Origin: an uncultured delta proteobacterium
GTDB taxonomy: Bacteria > Myxococcota_A > Polyangia > Polyangiales > Polyangiaceae
NCBI GenBank assembly: GCA_963782055.1
Contig: CAWAIF010000003.1
Location: forward strand, 5,888,001 to 5,952,000
Direction of reading: 5' to 3'
DNA length: 64,000 nucleotides
Position 1 is the stretch's first letter, and the number at the start of each line of letters is the position of its first letter. The notes below the pieces were generated by a model. It had not been told where the DNA came from, did no database searches, and saw only the letters and a list, made by a program, of their open reading frames with translations. Shown one piece after another: positions 39,249 to 50,435 of the stretch. The position numbers were made by a program, and so were the translations under genes.

Positions 39249-40727
39249 CTAGGCCTGCCTCCCGCGGGAGGCGACGAGCGCGGCGACGACGCGCTCGGCG
39301 CCCACGCTGCGCGACGCCTTCACCAGCACCACGTCGCCGGGCCGGACCACGCGCGCGGCGAGCGCGGCCGCGGCCGCGGCGTCACTTGCAGAATACACAT
39401 TCACACCGGCGGCGCCGGCGCGCGCCAGCGTCCGCTCGGCGAGGCCGCCGCAACCGATGGCCACCGTCACCCCCGCGCCGGCGAGCGCGTCGCCCAGGGC
39501 GTCGTGCTCGGCCTCCGAGGCGGCGCCGAGCTCCTTCATCTCGCCGAGCACCGCGACGCGGCGGCGCTCGCCCGCCAGGTCGGCGAGGGTGCCCAGCGCC
39601 GCGCGCATGCTCTCTGGGTTGGCGTTGTAGGTGTCGTCGATGACGAGCGTCCCGTCGGCGAGGCCGACGGTGGCGGCGCGACCGCCCACGTTGCGGACGC
39701 CGGCGAGAGCTTGCGCGACCAGCTCGAGGGCGAGGGCGTGGCCCGCCGCCGCCTCCGCCGCGGCGAGCGCGGCGCACAGGTCGATCGCCGCGGCCTCGCC
39801 GACCAGCGGCAGGTCCAGCTCCACGACGTCGGTCGCGTCGGGCGAGGGGCACGCGTCGCGGCAGGGCACGCGCAGCGTCACCCGCGAGCCCTCCGCGCCG
39901 CGCGCGACCCGGTCCTCCAGGCGGTAGCGCGCGCCGGCGGCGCGGCCGAAGAGGACGGCGCGGCGCGCGCGGGTGCGCGCGAGCTGCCCCGACGCGATCG
40001 GGTCGTCGGCGTTGGCCACCGCCACCCCTTCCGGCGCGAGCGCGGCGTAGAGGGCGCCCTTCTCGCGCGCCACGTCGTCCGGCCCGCCGCCGACGCCCTC
40101 GGCGTGCGCGGCGCCGGCGTTGGTGACGACGGCCACGTCCGGCTCGCCCACCGCGGCGAGGCGCGCGATCTCCCCGCGCACGCTCATGCCCATCTCCAGC
40201 ACCGCGAAGCGATGCGCGGGCTCGATGCAGAAGGCCACCGCCGGCACGCCCACGAGGTTGTTCAGGTTGCCCGGCGTCGCGAAGGTGGGCGCCACGGTGG
40301 CGAGGAGCGCGGCGCAGAGCTCCTTGGTCGTCGTCTTGCCGGCGCTGCCGGTGATGGCGATCAGACGCGCCGGGTCTCGCCCCTCCCTCGAGCGGCGCCA
40401 GGCGCGGAGGTGGGCGCGCGCGAGATCGCCCCACGCGGCGAGGGTGTCCGGCACCGTGACGACGTCCGGCCCGGCGGGGACGTCCGCGCCCTCCTGCACG
40501 ACGACGAGCGCCGCGCCGCGCTTCGCCACGTCGGCGAGGAAGGCGTGTCCGTCGTGATGCTCGCCTCGCAGCGCCACGAAGGCGCTCCCCTCCCCCACCG
40601 CGCGGGAGTCGGAGACGACACCGTGCGCGGTCCGCCCACCGGCCGCGCGCGCGACGCGCCCGCCGGTCGCCGCCGCCGCCTCCCAGGCGGTGAGCGCCGC
40701 GCGGTTCTGCGGGATGGGGGTCGCCAT
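39249..40727 (-). CDS. murF: UDP-MurNAc-tripeptide--D-Ala-D-Ala ligase
   Basis: ITGSAGKTTTKE, NLNN, DDTYNANP, LGEMKELG, KASR. Confidence 0.95.
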   Translation of the reverse strand: MATPIPQNRAALTAWEAAAATGGRVARAAGGRTAHGVVSDSRAVGEGSAFVALRGEHHDGHAFLADVAKRGAALVVVQEGADVPAGPDVVTVPDTLAAWGDLARAHLRAWRRSREGRDPARLIAITGSAGKTTTKELCAALLATVAPTFATPGNLNNLVGVPAVAFCIEPAHRFAVLEMGMSVRGEIARLAAVGEPDVAVVTNAGAAHAEGVGGGPDDVAREKGALYAALAPEGVAVANADDPIASGQLARTRARRAVLFGRAAGARYRLEDRVARGAEGSRVTLRVPCRDACPSPDATDVVELDLPLVGEAAAIDLCAALAAAEAAAGHALALELVAQALAGVRNVGGRAATVGLADGTLVIDDTYNANPESMRAALGTLADLAGERRRVAVLGEMKELGAASEAEHDALGDALAGAGVTVAIGCGGLAERTLARAGAAGVNVYSASDAAAAAALAARVVRPGDVVLVKASRSVGAERVVAALVASRGRQA

Positions 40728-42298
40728 CAGCTCGCCCTCTCCACGCGGCGCCGCGCGAGGGCCTTCGCCGCCTCCTCACGATCGTCGAAGTGACGCTTCT
40801 GGGTGCCCACGATCTGGTAGTCCTCGTGGCCCTTGCCCGCGATGACCACCACGTCGCCGGCGCGCGCGGCGCGCACGCACAGGTCGATCGCGCGGGCGCG
40901 GTCCAGCTCGACCACGTGGCCGCGGCCGGAGCCCACCGACGCGGGGTCCAGCGCGGGGAGCCCCGCCGCCTCCACCGCCGCCTGCACCGGCGCGGCGATC
41001 GCCTGCGGGTCCTCGGTGCGCGGGTTGTCGTTGGTCACGACCGCCACGTCGGCGCGCCGCGCGACGGCGTCGCCCATCGGCCCGCGCTTGCCGGCGTCAC
41101 GGTCCCCGCCGCAACCGAAGACGCACAGGACGCGCCCCTTGCAGACCGCACGCACCGCGTCGAGCACGCGCGCGAGCGCGTCCGGGGTGTGGGCGTAGTC
41201 CACGAGCACCGTCACGTCGTCGCCGGGCTCGCCGACGCGCTCCAGGCGGCCGGGGGCGCCGCGCTCGTGCGAGAGCGCCTCGGCCGCGGCGCGCACGTCG
41301 AGGTCGAGCGCGAGCGCCACGCCGAGCGCGACCACCAGGTTCTCCACGTTGTGCGCGCCGACGAGCGGCGAGCGCACCAGGACCGCGCCCGAGGGCGTGT
41401 GCAGCGTGGCGTCGATCCCGTCCTCGGAGAGCTCCACGCGGGAGGGGACGATGTCGGCCTCGGTGCCGCGCCGCGCGCTCACGCGGATCAGCGGCCCGGC
41501 CACGCGCGACGCGAGCGCCTGCCCGAAGGCGCCGTCCACGCAGACGACGGAGGTGCCCGGCGCGCACTCCACGAAGAGCTTGGCCTTCGCCTCGGCGTAG
41601 GCGTCCATGGTGCCGTGGAAGTCCAGGTGGTCCTGGGTGAGGTTGGTGAAGGCGGCGACGAAGAAGCGCACCGCGCGCACGCGGCCCAGGGCGAGCGCGA
41701 TGGAGGAGACCTCCATCGCGACGGTGGTCGCGCCCTCGCGCTTCATCGCCAGCATCACGCGGGCGAGGTCGTCGGCCTCCGGCGTGGTGTGCGAGGCGTC
41801 GACGTCCACCCCGCGGAAGCGGTGGCCGACGGTGCCGATGAGGCCGCAGCGCTCCGCGCCGAGCGCGCCGTCGACCGCCGCGCGAACCAGGTGGGCCGTC
41901 GTGGTCTTGCCGTTGGTGCCGGTGACGCCCACGATCTCCATGCTGAACGAAGGGTGGCCGTAGACGGCGGCGGAAGCCAGGGCCAGCCCCTCCATCGCGT
42001 CGGCGACGCGCACGACGGGCAGCGCGGTCTCGAGCGCGACGCCGCGCTCGGCCAGCACGGCCGCGGCGCCGCGGGCCTCGGCGTCGACGAGGAAGCGGGC
42101 GCCGTCGGAGCTCATCCCTCTGCGGGCGACGAAGAGGTCGCCCGTCTGCACGCGGCGCGAGTCGTGGTGCACCCCCTGGACGCGCACGCTCGCGTCGCCC
42201 TCCACCGCCGCGCCCTCCGGGAGCTCCCGCGCCAGCTCATCCAGGCGCAGGGCCGCGTCCGGCCGGATACGGTCGAGGTCGTCGGCGGTCACCGGCAT
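40727..42298 (-). CDS. murE: UDP-MurNAc-L-Ala-D-Glu--diaminopimelate ligase
   Basis: GTNGKTT, TTPE, DHLDFH, DYAHTPD, DNPR (DAP-type), AGKGHE. Confidence 0.96.
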   Translation of the reverse strand: MPVTADDLDRIRPDAALRLDELARELPEGAAVEGDASVRVQGVHHDSRRVQTGDLFVARRGMSSDGARFLVDAEARGAAAVLAERGVALETALPVVRVADAMEGLALASAAVYGHPSFSMEIVGVTGTNGKTTTAHLVRAAVDGALGAERCGLIGTVGHRFRGVDVDASHTTPEADDLARVMLAMKREGATTVAMEVSSIALALGRVRAVRFFVAAFTNLTQDHLDFHGTMDAYAEAKAKLFVECAPGTSVVCVDGAFGQALASRVAGPLIRVSARRGTEADIVPSRVELSEDGIDATLHTPSGAVLVRSPLVGAHNVENLVVALGVALALDLDVRAAAEALSHERGAPGRLERVGEPGDDVTVLVDYAHTPDALARVLDAVRAVCKGRVLCVFGCGGDRDAGKRGPMGDAVARRADVAVVTNDNPRTEDPQAIAAPVQAAVEAAGLPALDPASVGSGRGHVVELDRARAIDLCVRAARAGDVVVIAGKGHEDYQIVGTQKRHFDDREEAAKALARRRVERAS

Positions 42299-42308
42299 GG
42301 GCGCACCG

Positions 42309-44373
42309 TCACGACGACTGCTCGAGCGACAGGCGCACCGAGCTGCCCTTCTGCACCGTCGACCCGGCCGACGGCGTCTGCCGCACGATGTGCCCCGTCC
42401 CCTCGACCACCGGCACCAGCCCGGCGCCGAGCACCGCGCGCACCGCGTCGCGGGCGCCCATCCCGCCCACCTCCGGCACCGCGACCGCGTCGGCGGGCGC
42501 GACGGCGGCGACGATGGGCGGCGCCGCGGCGGGCTCGGGGGGCTTCATCGCGGCGAGCGTCTTGTCCGCCGGGTCGCCGGCGCGCGACACCTGCATGCCC
42601 TTGGACGCTCCGCGTGGGGTCACCCCGAGGTAGCGCAGGCTCGCCTCCGCCACGCGGCGGAAGACCGGGCCGGCGAGATCGCCGCCGTAGTGGCCGATGG
42701 TGGGCTCGTCGAGCACGACCGCGATGACCAGCCTCGGCTTCTCGGCGGGGACGAAGCCGACGAAGGACGCGGTGAACTTGTCGGTGGAGTACCTGCCGGT
42801 CCTGGGGTCGGCCTTCTGCGCGGTGGAGGTCTTGCCGGCGACGCGGAAGCCGGGCACGGCCGCCTCGACCGCGGTGCCGCCCGGCTCGGTCACCGCGGTG
42901 AGCATCTCCGCCATCAGACGCGCGACGTGTGGCGGGATGGCCTGGCGCCGGACGTGCGTGGCCGCCTCGCGCACCACCTCCCCCGTCGTCGTCGTCACGC
43001 GCTTGACGAGGATGGGCTCCAGCAGCTTGCCGCCGTTGGCCACCGCGGCCATCCCCATCGCGAGCTGGATGGTGGTCACGCTGATGCCCTGCCCGAAGGA
43101 CGCGTTGGCGGTCTCCACGTCGTACCAGGGCCGCCCGCGCGGCCGCAGCACGCCCGACGCCTCGCCGGGGAGCGGCAGGCCGGTGACCTCGCCGAAGCCG
43201 AAGCGGCGCAGGGTCGCGTAGAGGCCGGGCTCGCCCAGCTTGAGGCCGATCTTCAGCGCGCCGATGTTGGAGCTGCGCGCGAGGATCTGCGTGGGGGTGA
43301 GCCAGTCGTTGAGGTGGGTGTCGTGGATGACGACCTTGCCCATCGCGTAGGTGCCGTGCTCGCAGAAGAATCTGCTCTGTCGGCTTGAGCGTGCCCGCCG
43401 CGAGCGCTCCGGAGAGCGTGAAGACCTTCATCACGCTGCCCGGCTCGAAGCGGTCGGTGATGGCGCGGTCGCGCCGCGACTCCACCTGCGACTCGGTGTA
43501 GTCGTTCGGGTTGTAGCCGGGCGTCGACGCGATGGCGAGGATCTCTCCGGTGCGCGGGTCCACCACCACGGCCGCGCCGCCCTTGGTCTCGTAGGTGCCC
43601 ATCGCCGCGTCGAGCTCGCGCTCGACGACGTGCTGGATGGCCTCGTCGATGGAGAGGGTGATGTCGTGGCCGGTGAGCGCCTGGTCGTCGGTCTGGCCCT
43701 CGGCGAAGATGAGGTGGCCGGCCCGGTCGCGCACGCCCTTGACGTCCTCCACGTGACCGCGCAGCTCCTCGTCCAGGGAGAGCTCCAGCCCGTCCTTGCC
43801 GAGGCCGTCGGGCGCGACGAAGCCGATGACCGGGCCGAGCAGCTCGCGGCCCGGGTAGTAGCGGTGGCCCTCCCCCTCGATGGCGATCCCGTGGATGGGC
43901 CGGTTCTGCTTCCTCGGGTCGGTGAGCACGCGCACGGCCGCGGCCTCTTCCCCGCTGATGCGTCGCTTGACCCAGAGGAAGCGGCGGCGCGTGGCGAGCC
44001 GCTCGTAGAGGGTGTTGGCGTCCAGCGAGAGCGCGGCGCCCAGGCGCAGCGACGCGTCCCGGAGCGTCGCCGTCTGCTCCTCCGGCGTGTCCACGCCGTG
44101 GAGCATCTCGACGACGTCGGCGGTGACGCTGGGCACCTCCACGCTCACCGCGAGCGGCTGGCCGTTGCGGTCGACGATGCTCCCGCGCTTGGGCTCCACA
44201 TGCAGGCGACGCTGGCGCTGCTTCTCGGCCGTCTCACGCCACGCCGGTCCGTCCTCCACCTGCACGCGGTACGCGCTGGAGACGACCGCGCCGAGCGAGA
44301 GCCCCATGACGCCGCACAGGACGCCCATGCGGACGCGGATCCAGCTCGCGCGCTTGGGGTCGAGGTTGCGCAA
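42309..44373 (-). CDS. ftsI: Septal transpeptidase FtsI/PBP3 with C-terminal PASTA domain; +1 frameshift at 43368-43372 (probable sequencing error)
   Basis: 5' frame RGSIVDRNG..EPGSVMK; 3' frame SSN, KTST; removing one base restores EQIFCEHG. Confidence 0.92.
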
Positions 44374-44376
44374 GGG

Positions 44377-44708
44377 TCAGAGCTCCCCCGCGCCGCCGGC
44401 GGCGAGCTTGGCGTGCTCGTGGTACGCGGGAGCGGGCAGCTCGATGGTCCGCTCGGGCGGCGCCGGACCCATCCCCAGCAGGGTGGTGGCGATGATCTCG
44501 ACGCGCTCGGGCGTCTTGTAGCTCGCCGACTCCAGCTCCAGCACGCGCTTGACCTCGCGCAGGCGGGCCTGGTGGGCGCGCGCGCGGCCGAGCTCGTAGC
44601 CCAGGGAGATGGTGCGACCGCGGAGCGCCAGGTGCACGACGAAGGCGCAGACGGTCGCGATGGTGGCGAGCGTCCAGATGAGGATGAAGTGGCGGGAGTG
44701 GCGACTGC

Positions 44709-44712
<4 letters not shown>
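44377..44712 (-). CDS. ftsL: Cell division protein FtsL
   Basis: TM helix, coiled coil, PERVE.IA...LGM; lies between rsmH and ftsI. Confidence 0.85.
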
Positions 44713-45727
<1,015 letters not shown>

Positions 45728-45731
<4 letters not shown>

Positions 45732-46174
45732 AGGCCGAGCTCCGCCAGACGCGCCGCCATCTGCACGCGCTCCTCGTCGGAGGTGATGTCGCAGTGCTCG
45801 CGCCAGGTCTTCTTGTCCCAGAGCTCGGCGTACTTGCCGCTGCCCGCCCACACGACGTCCTTGGTGAGCCCCGCGTGCTGGCGCAGCGTCGGAGGCACCA
45901 GGATGCGGCCGGAGTCGTCCGCCTCGCACTCGACGGCGCCGGAGACGTAGATGCGCCGGAGCTTCTGCACCGCCCTGTCGAACTGCGAGAGCTTGGCGAT
46001 GCGCTCCTCGAACGCCAGCCACTCCGGCATGGTGTACGCGACGAGGCAGGGGTCGAGCGCGCTGGTGATCACGATGCGCCGCTCGCCGATGGACGCCAGC
46101 GTGTCGCGATAGCGCGCCGGCAGGCTCGTGCGGCCTTTCTGGTCGATGGTGTGCTCGTATCGACCGCGGAACAT
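45728..46174 (-). CDS. mraZ: Transcriptional regulator MraZ
   Basis: MFRGRYEHTIDQKGR..LPA, DDSGRILVP. Confidence 0.95.
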
Positions 46175-46262
46175 CGTGTGGGCCTGCCTCATCGACGGGG
46201 AGGGAAGTGGACTTGGCCAGGCGCCGGGATCGCTGCTCTACTCGCCAGCGATCGGGAGCCAT

Positions 46263-46287
46263 GGCACTTCTTGCCACTTCTTCCCAC
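46263..46287 (-). promoter_or_regulatory. MraZ-binding direct repeats GTGGG-AAGAA-GTGGC-AAGAA-GTGCC
   Basis: Three boxes at 10-nt period upstream of mraZ. Confidence 0.75.
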
Positions 46288-46298
46288 GTGCAATTCGC

Positions 46299-46328
46299 AC
46301 GGTAGGGAAGACGAGGACCTGCTGTCAA
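46299..46328 (-). promoter_or_regulatory. Sigma-70-type dcw promoter TTGACA-N18-TACCGT
   Basis: Consensus -35 and TAnnnT -10 just upstream of the MraZ boxes. Confidence 0.55.
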
Positions 46329-46428
46329 TAATCGGGCGGTTGCGAGCTGAGGGTTTCACGGCCCCACCCCGGGTCAATGATTACCCCGCACCCCTTTCGC
46401 GAGCCGGCTGGCGGGTTATGTTGTTCGC

Positions 46429-46743
46429 ATGATGCCGAAGAGGCCCCGGACGGTGAGGCGCGAGCTGGCGCGCGAGCAGGACAAGCTGGCGCGCGCCCGC
46501 GAGCAGCTGGCCGCGCTGCAGGCGGGAGGCAACCCGGAGCGTCCGGTCGTGGTGGAGTCGGCCAGCCAGATCGAGCCCCACGCGCGCTCGATGACCTGCC
46601 CCGTCTGCGGAGATCACTTCCGCGTCCTCGAGCACACCGTGCAGCACCGGCCCGGGGGATCGCTCCGCCTGGTGAGCGTGGTCTCGCCCCAGTGCGGGCG
46701 CCGGCGGACGATCTACTTCGCCATCCGGCCGCACGCCAACTGA
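46429..46743 (+). CDS. Small hypothetical protein with coiled coil and Zn-ribbon-like segment
   Basis: GGNPERP...SASQIE, CPVC, QCG..R.IYF. Confidence 0.7.
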   Translation: MMPKRPRTVRRELAREQDKLARAREQLAALQAGGNPERPVVVESASQIEPHARSMTCPVCGDHFRVLEHTVQHRPGGSLRLVSVVSPQCGRRRTIYFAIRPHAN

Positions 46744-46760
46744 CCGCGGAGGACGCCTCG

Positions 46761-47372
46761 GTGCAAGAGGACAAGCCTGTCAGCGACCCGGCGTTCTGGG
46801 AGGCGGCGTACCTGGACGGCAGGGACGGCTGGGAGCTGGGGACCGCGGCGCCGCCGCTGGCCCGGTGGCTGGGCGAGGTGCTTGTGAGCGGATCCGCCCT
46901 GGTGGTGGGCGCGGGACGCGGGCACGAGGCGCGCGCGGCCGCGGAGGCGGGGTGGCCGCGGGTGGTCGGCCTGGACTTCGCGGCGACGGCGACGGCGGAG
47001 GCGGCGCGGCTGACGAGCGACGCCCTGGCCGCCCGCATCGAGTGGCGAACGCAGGACCTCTTCACCCTGGGGGAGACGGACCCGGAGCGCTACGGGCTGG
47101 TCGTCGAGCACACCTCCTTCTGCGCGATCCACCCGGACCGGCGCGCGGAGTGGCTACGCGCGGTGGGCGCGGCGCTGGTGCCCGGGGGGACGCTGCTCGC
47201 CCTCTTCTACACGCACGGCCGCCCAGGCGGCCCGCCCTTCGGCGCGCGCCGCGAGGACGTGGAGGCGCTGCTGCGCGCGGGCGGCTTCCGGATCGAGCGC
47301 GCGGAGATCCCGCTGGACAGCGTCGAGCGCCGCAAGGGCGACGAGTGGCTCGTCCTCGCGCGCCGCGGCTGA
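46761..47372 (+). CDS. TPMT / thiocyanate-type SAM-dependent methyltransferase
   Basis: FW...Y....GWELG, VVGAGRGHE, DLF, EHTSFCAI, GGPPFG. Confidence 0.85.
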   Translation: MQEDKPVSDPAFWEAAYLDGRDGWELGTAAPPLARWLGEVLVSGSALVVGAGRGHEARAAAEAGWPRVVGLDFAATATAEAARLTSDALAARIEWRTQDLFTLGETDPERYGLVVEHTSFCAIHPDRRAEWLRAVGAALVPGGTLLALFYTHGRPGGPPFGARREDVEALLRAGGFRIERAEIPLDSVERRKGDEWLVLARRG

Positions 47373-47384
47373 CGCGGGCAGGCG

Positions 47385-47954
47385 TCAGCGCTTGACCGCG
47401 ACGCACACGTGGCGACGGCAGGCCGCGCGCAGCTCGAGCGCATCCCGGACGGCGGGGCAGTGGACGTCTGGCCGCGCGGGGCAGTCGCGGGCGCACATCG
47501 CCTCGAGCTGGTCGAGAGCAGACTTCGGGACGGCGTAGGCGTCCGCCTTGCACGGGCCGCAGCAGCCGGAGAAGTTGCTCACGGTGCAGTCGGCGTCCTT
47601 CGCGCAACGCCCCGGCCTGCTGAAGGGGGACGTTGCGATGGGCGGGATGACCCCGTCCGCGCCGAGCGGCGAGACCCAGCTCGACGGCACAACGCCGGCG
47701 TCCTGCACAGAAGTCGCGGCGGTCGACGTGGCGGAGGGCGTCGGTGGGGGCGTCGCGGTCGTGGACGGAGGACCACTCGGCGCGGGCGCCGTCGTGGTGG
47801 CGGGGGTCACCGCGGACGGGGTCACCGCGGACGGGGTCACCGTGGCGGGGGTCACCGCGGAGGGGGAGCCGGGCGGCGGCGTGTCCGCTCCGCAAGCGAC
47901 CACGAGCGCGAGGAGCACGACGCTCGCCGAACACCGGACGGGGGCGCGACGCAT
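47385..47954 (-). CDS. Cys-rich lipoprotein with Thr/Pro linker
   Basis: Lipobox VVAC; C..DADC...CC..C domain. Confidence 0.7.
   Translation of the reverse strand: MRRAPVRCSASVVLLALVVACGADTPPPGSPSAVTPATVTPSAVTPSAVTPATTTAPAPSGPPSTTATPPPTPSATSTAATSVQDAGVVPSSWVSPLGADGVIPPIATSPFSRPGRCAKDADCTVSNFSGCCGPCKADAYAVPKSALDQLEAMCARDCPARPDVHCPAVRDALELRAACRRHVCVAVKR
47803..47862. repeat. 4 x 15-bp tandem repeat (GGGGTCACCGYGGMS) encoding VTP[SA][AT] linker
   Basis: Copies start at 47803, 47818, 47833 and 47848. Confidence 0.85.
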
Positions 47955-47984
47955 CTGCCGGATGCTACCACCGGGCCACGATGG

Positions 47985-49130
47985 CTACGCGCTCAGGATG
48001 TGCTTGGCGATCACGATGCGCTGCACCTCGCTGGTGCCCTCGCCGATCTCGCAGATCTTGGCGTCGCGCAGGTGGCGCTCCACCGAGAACTCGCGCGTGT
48101 AGCCGTAGCCGCCGTGGATCTGCAGCGACTTGTTGCACGCGCGCGTGGACGCCTCGCTGGCGAAGAGCTTCGCCATCGACGCCTCCTTGGAGTACGGGTG
48201 GCCCTGATCGCACAGCCACGCGGCGCGGTAGGTGAGCAGCGCGGCGGCGTCCAGCTCGGTCTTGCAGTCGGCCAGCATCCACTGGATGGCCTGGAAGTCG
48301 GCGATGGGCTTGCCGAACTGCTTGCGGTCCTTGGCGTAGGTGAGGCCCATCTCCAGCGCGCCGTAGCCCAGGCCGAGCGCCATGGCCGCGATGGAGATGC
48401 GGCCGCGGTCGAGGATCTTCATGGTGTCGGTGAAGCCCCGGTCCACCTCCCCCACGCGCTGGGCGTCCGACACGCGCACGTTCTCGAAGGTGAGCTCGGC
48501 GGTGTCGCTGGAGCGGCAGCCCAGCTTCTCCAGGTGCTTGCTCGGCGAGAAGCCCGGCGTGCCGTGCTCCACCACGAAGGCGGTGATGCCCTTCTGCTTG
48601 GCCACCCCGGTGTTGGTGCGGGCGAGCACGACGACGAAGCCGCCGACCGAGCCCTGCGTGATGAACATCTTGGTGCCGTTGATGACCCAGTCGTCGCCCT
48701 CCCGCTTCGCCGTGGTGGCCAGGCCGGCGGAGTCGCTGCCGCTGCCCGGCTCCGTCAGCGCCCACGCGGCGAGCCACTCCCCGGCGGCGGCCTTGGGCAG
48801 GTACTTGCGCTTCTGCTCCTCTGTCCCGAAGGAGAGGAGGTGCCCGGTGCCCAGGCCGTTGTGCGACGCGACCGTGAGCGCGAGGGAGCCGTCGACGCGG
48901 GCGATCTCCTCGACGCAGATGGCGTAGCTCGTCGTGTCCATGCCCGAGCCGCCGTACTCCTCCGGGATGCGGATGCCGAGCAGGCCGAGGGCGGCGAGCT
49001 TGGGCACGATCTCCTTCGGGAAGCGCTCTTGTTCGTCCCACTTGCGGGCGTGGGGGGCGACCTCGCTGCGGGCGAAGTCGCGCACCGTCTTGCGCAGGAG
49101 CTGGTGATGCTCGGAGAAGTCGAAATCCAT
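47985..49130 (-). CDS. Acyl-CoA dehydrogenase
   Basis: LTEPGSGSD, INGTKMFIT, GRISIAA, QIHGGYGY, EIGEGTSE. Confidence 0.95.
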   Translation of the reverse strand: MDFDFSEHHQLLRKTVRDFARSEVAPHARKWDEQERFPKEIVPKLAALGLLGIRIPEEYGGSGMDTTSYAICVEEIARVDGSLALTVASHNGLGTGHLLSFGTEEQKRKYLPKAAAGEWLAAWALTEPGSGSDSAGLATTAKREGDDWVINGTKMFITQGSVGGFVVVLARTNTGVAKQKGITAFVVEHGTPGFSPSKHLEKLGCRSSDTAELTFENVRVSDAQRVGEVDRGFTDTMKILDRGRISIAAMALGLGYGALEMGLTYAKDRKQFGKPIADFQAIQWMLADCKTELDAAALLTYRAAWLCDQGHPYSKEASMAKLFASEASTRACNKSLQIHGGYGYTREFSVERHLRDAKICEIGEGTSEVQRIVIAKHILSA

Positions 49131-49232
49131 TCGGGTGCCACTAGTTAGGGCCCCCCCGCGGGCGCCGTCAACGCCCTCCGCTGCTCCCTCTCCCACGGGA
49201 CGGGCGAGGACGGGATCCCGAGGCGTAGCGGT

Positions 49233-49333
49233 GGCCCCCTGGGGAGGGGCCCCGCCGAGTTCGCTTCGGCGGGGCGGGCGGCGCGTGCCGCCCCCGTGAG
49301 CTGTCCTGAGCAGGACGTGAATTCACTCACGTC
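49233..49333. repeat. Cluster of short hairpins including two REP-like palindromes
   Basis: GGCCCC..GGGGCC; CCCCGCCGA..TCGGCGGGG; GGGCGGC..GCCGCCC; GTCCTG..CAGGAC; GACGTGA..TCACGTC. Confidence 0.5.
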
Positions 49334-49336
49334 ATC

Positions 49337-50389
49337 TCAGTGGGCGACGCACACGTCGGTGTCGCCGACGTGGGTGCACCAGTAGCCGTTGGGGCACCTG
49401 TCGCCGTGGCCGCAGGGGCGCGAGCAGTACTTGTCCCCGCTGTCGTCCACGCAGACGCCGGCGGCGCAGTCGGCGCCCTTCTCGCAGGGCTCGCCCATGT
49501 CGCTCTCCGGCTTCTGCTGCTTGGGCGGCTTGACGCCCGCGTCCTTCTTCACGGTGACGACGCCGCCGTCGGTGTCGGCGGGCTCCTGCCCGCTCTTGGC
49601 CAGGGCGGAGGCGATGAGGTCGGCGAAGGCGTCCGCCCGCGTGTAGATGTTGTGCACGTCCTTGCCCTCGCAGCTGGGGCCGCCGCGCGAGACGACGCCC
49701 ATCACGTCGCCGGTGGACTCCTCCAGCGCGGGGCCGCCGGAGTCGCCGTTGCAGGTGGCCTCGCCCACCTGGAACTCGCTGTCGGTCGCGCTGAGGATCC
49801 GCACGTGATCGCGCAGGAGCTTGACGCCGGCGCTCTGCAGGTCCCCCGCCTTGCCGAAGCCGACGGCGCGCACGGTGCCGTTCTTCCTGGGGACCTTCTT
49901 GCTGATGTGCAGCGGGGCGATGCCGGCGACGTCGCGGTCCAGGACGATCGCCGCGATGTCGTGGTCGCAGAGGGTCTTCGCCTTCGGCACCACCAGCTCG
50001 CGACCGCGGGCGACGAAGGTGGAGTGCTCGACGTCGTCGCCGACGTAGATGGCGAGGGAGCTCGCCGGCCGATCGCCGCTGATCTGCACGCCGTCGGCCG
50101 GGCAGGCGACCGACTCGCTGGTGATGGAGACGCAGTGCCGGGCCGTGAGGACGACGTCGGTCGCGATGAGGGTGCCGCTGCACAGTCCCTCGCCCCCCAC
50201 GTCGATGGCGACGACGGCAGGGTCGCGCCCGTTGTCGGGCACGCCCTTGACGATCTCGGTGGTGTCGACCTGAACGGCCGCGTCGGCGCCGGCGTCGGAC
50301 GGGACGGGGCGCGCCTTGGCGGTGAGCGCACCGGAGCAGCCGGTGAGCAGGGTGGAGAGAACGAGCGTTCGAACGATGACAGCTTGCAT
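49337..50389 (-). CDS. Trypsin-like (S1) serine protease lipoprotein with Cys-rich C-terminus
   Basis: CSGTLI...VLTARHC, HDIA, CNGDSGGP; AGGAGG RBS; lipobox LTGC. Confidence 0.9.
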   Translation of the reverse strand: MQAVIVRTLVLSTLLTGCSGALTAKARPVPSDAGADAAVQVDTTEIVKGVPDNGRDPAVVAIDVGGEGLCSGTLIATDVVLTARHCVSITSESVACPADGVQISGDRPASSLAIYVGDDVEHSTFVARGRELVVPKAKTLCDHDIAAIVLDRDVAGIAPLHISKKVPRKNGTVRAVGFGKAGDLQSAGVKLLRDHVRILSATDSEFQVGEATCNGDSGGPALEESTGDVMGVVSRGGPSCEGKDVHNIYTRADAFADLIASALAKSGQEPADTDGGVVTVKKDAGVKPPKQQKPESDMGEPCEKGADCAAGVCVDDSGDKYCSRPCGHGDRCPNGYWCTHVGDTDVCVAH

Positions 50390-50419
50390 GGAACGTGACC
50401 TCCTTCGAGAGGTCGTCTC

Positions 50420-50435
50420 CGCAACGCGCGTGCCG
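50420..50435 (-). promoter_or_regulatory. Sigma-54 promoter CGGCACGCGCGTTGCG for the S1 protease gene
   Basis: Near-consensus GGCAC-N5-TTGC; TGTCC palindrome at 50491-50502. Confidence 0.65.

Noticed and set aside
42309..44373. ftsI as a genuine pseudogene or programmed frameshift
   Set aside because: Single indel, catalytic motifs intact and no slippery run; an artefact is more parsimonious for a normally essential gene.
46263..46287. 10-nt periodic repeat upstream of mraZ as a novel element
   Set aside because: Matches the known MraZ operator pattern; listed as a feature.
49131..49336. Intergenic structure as tRNA, SRP RNA or a known riboswitch
   Set aside because: No TTCGA T-loop or CCA end, no SRP GGAA-tetraloop domain and no recognisable aptamer; kept only as a hairpin cluster.
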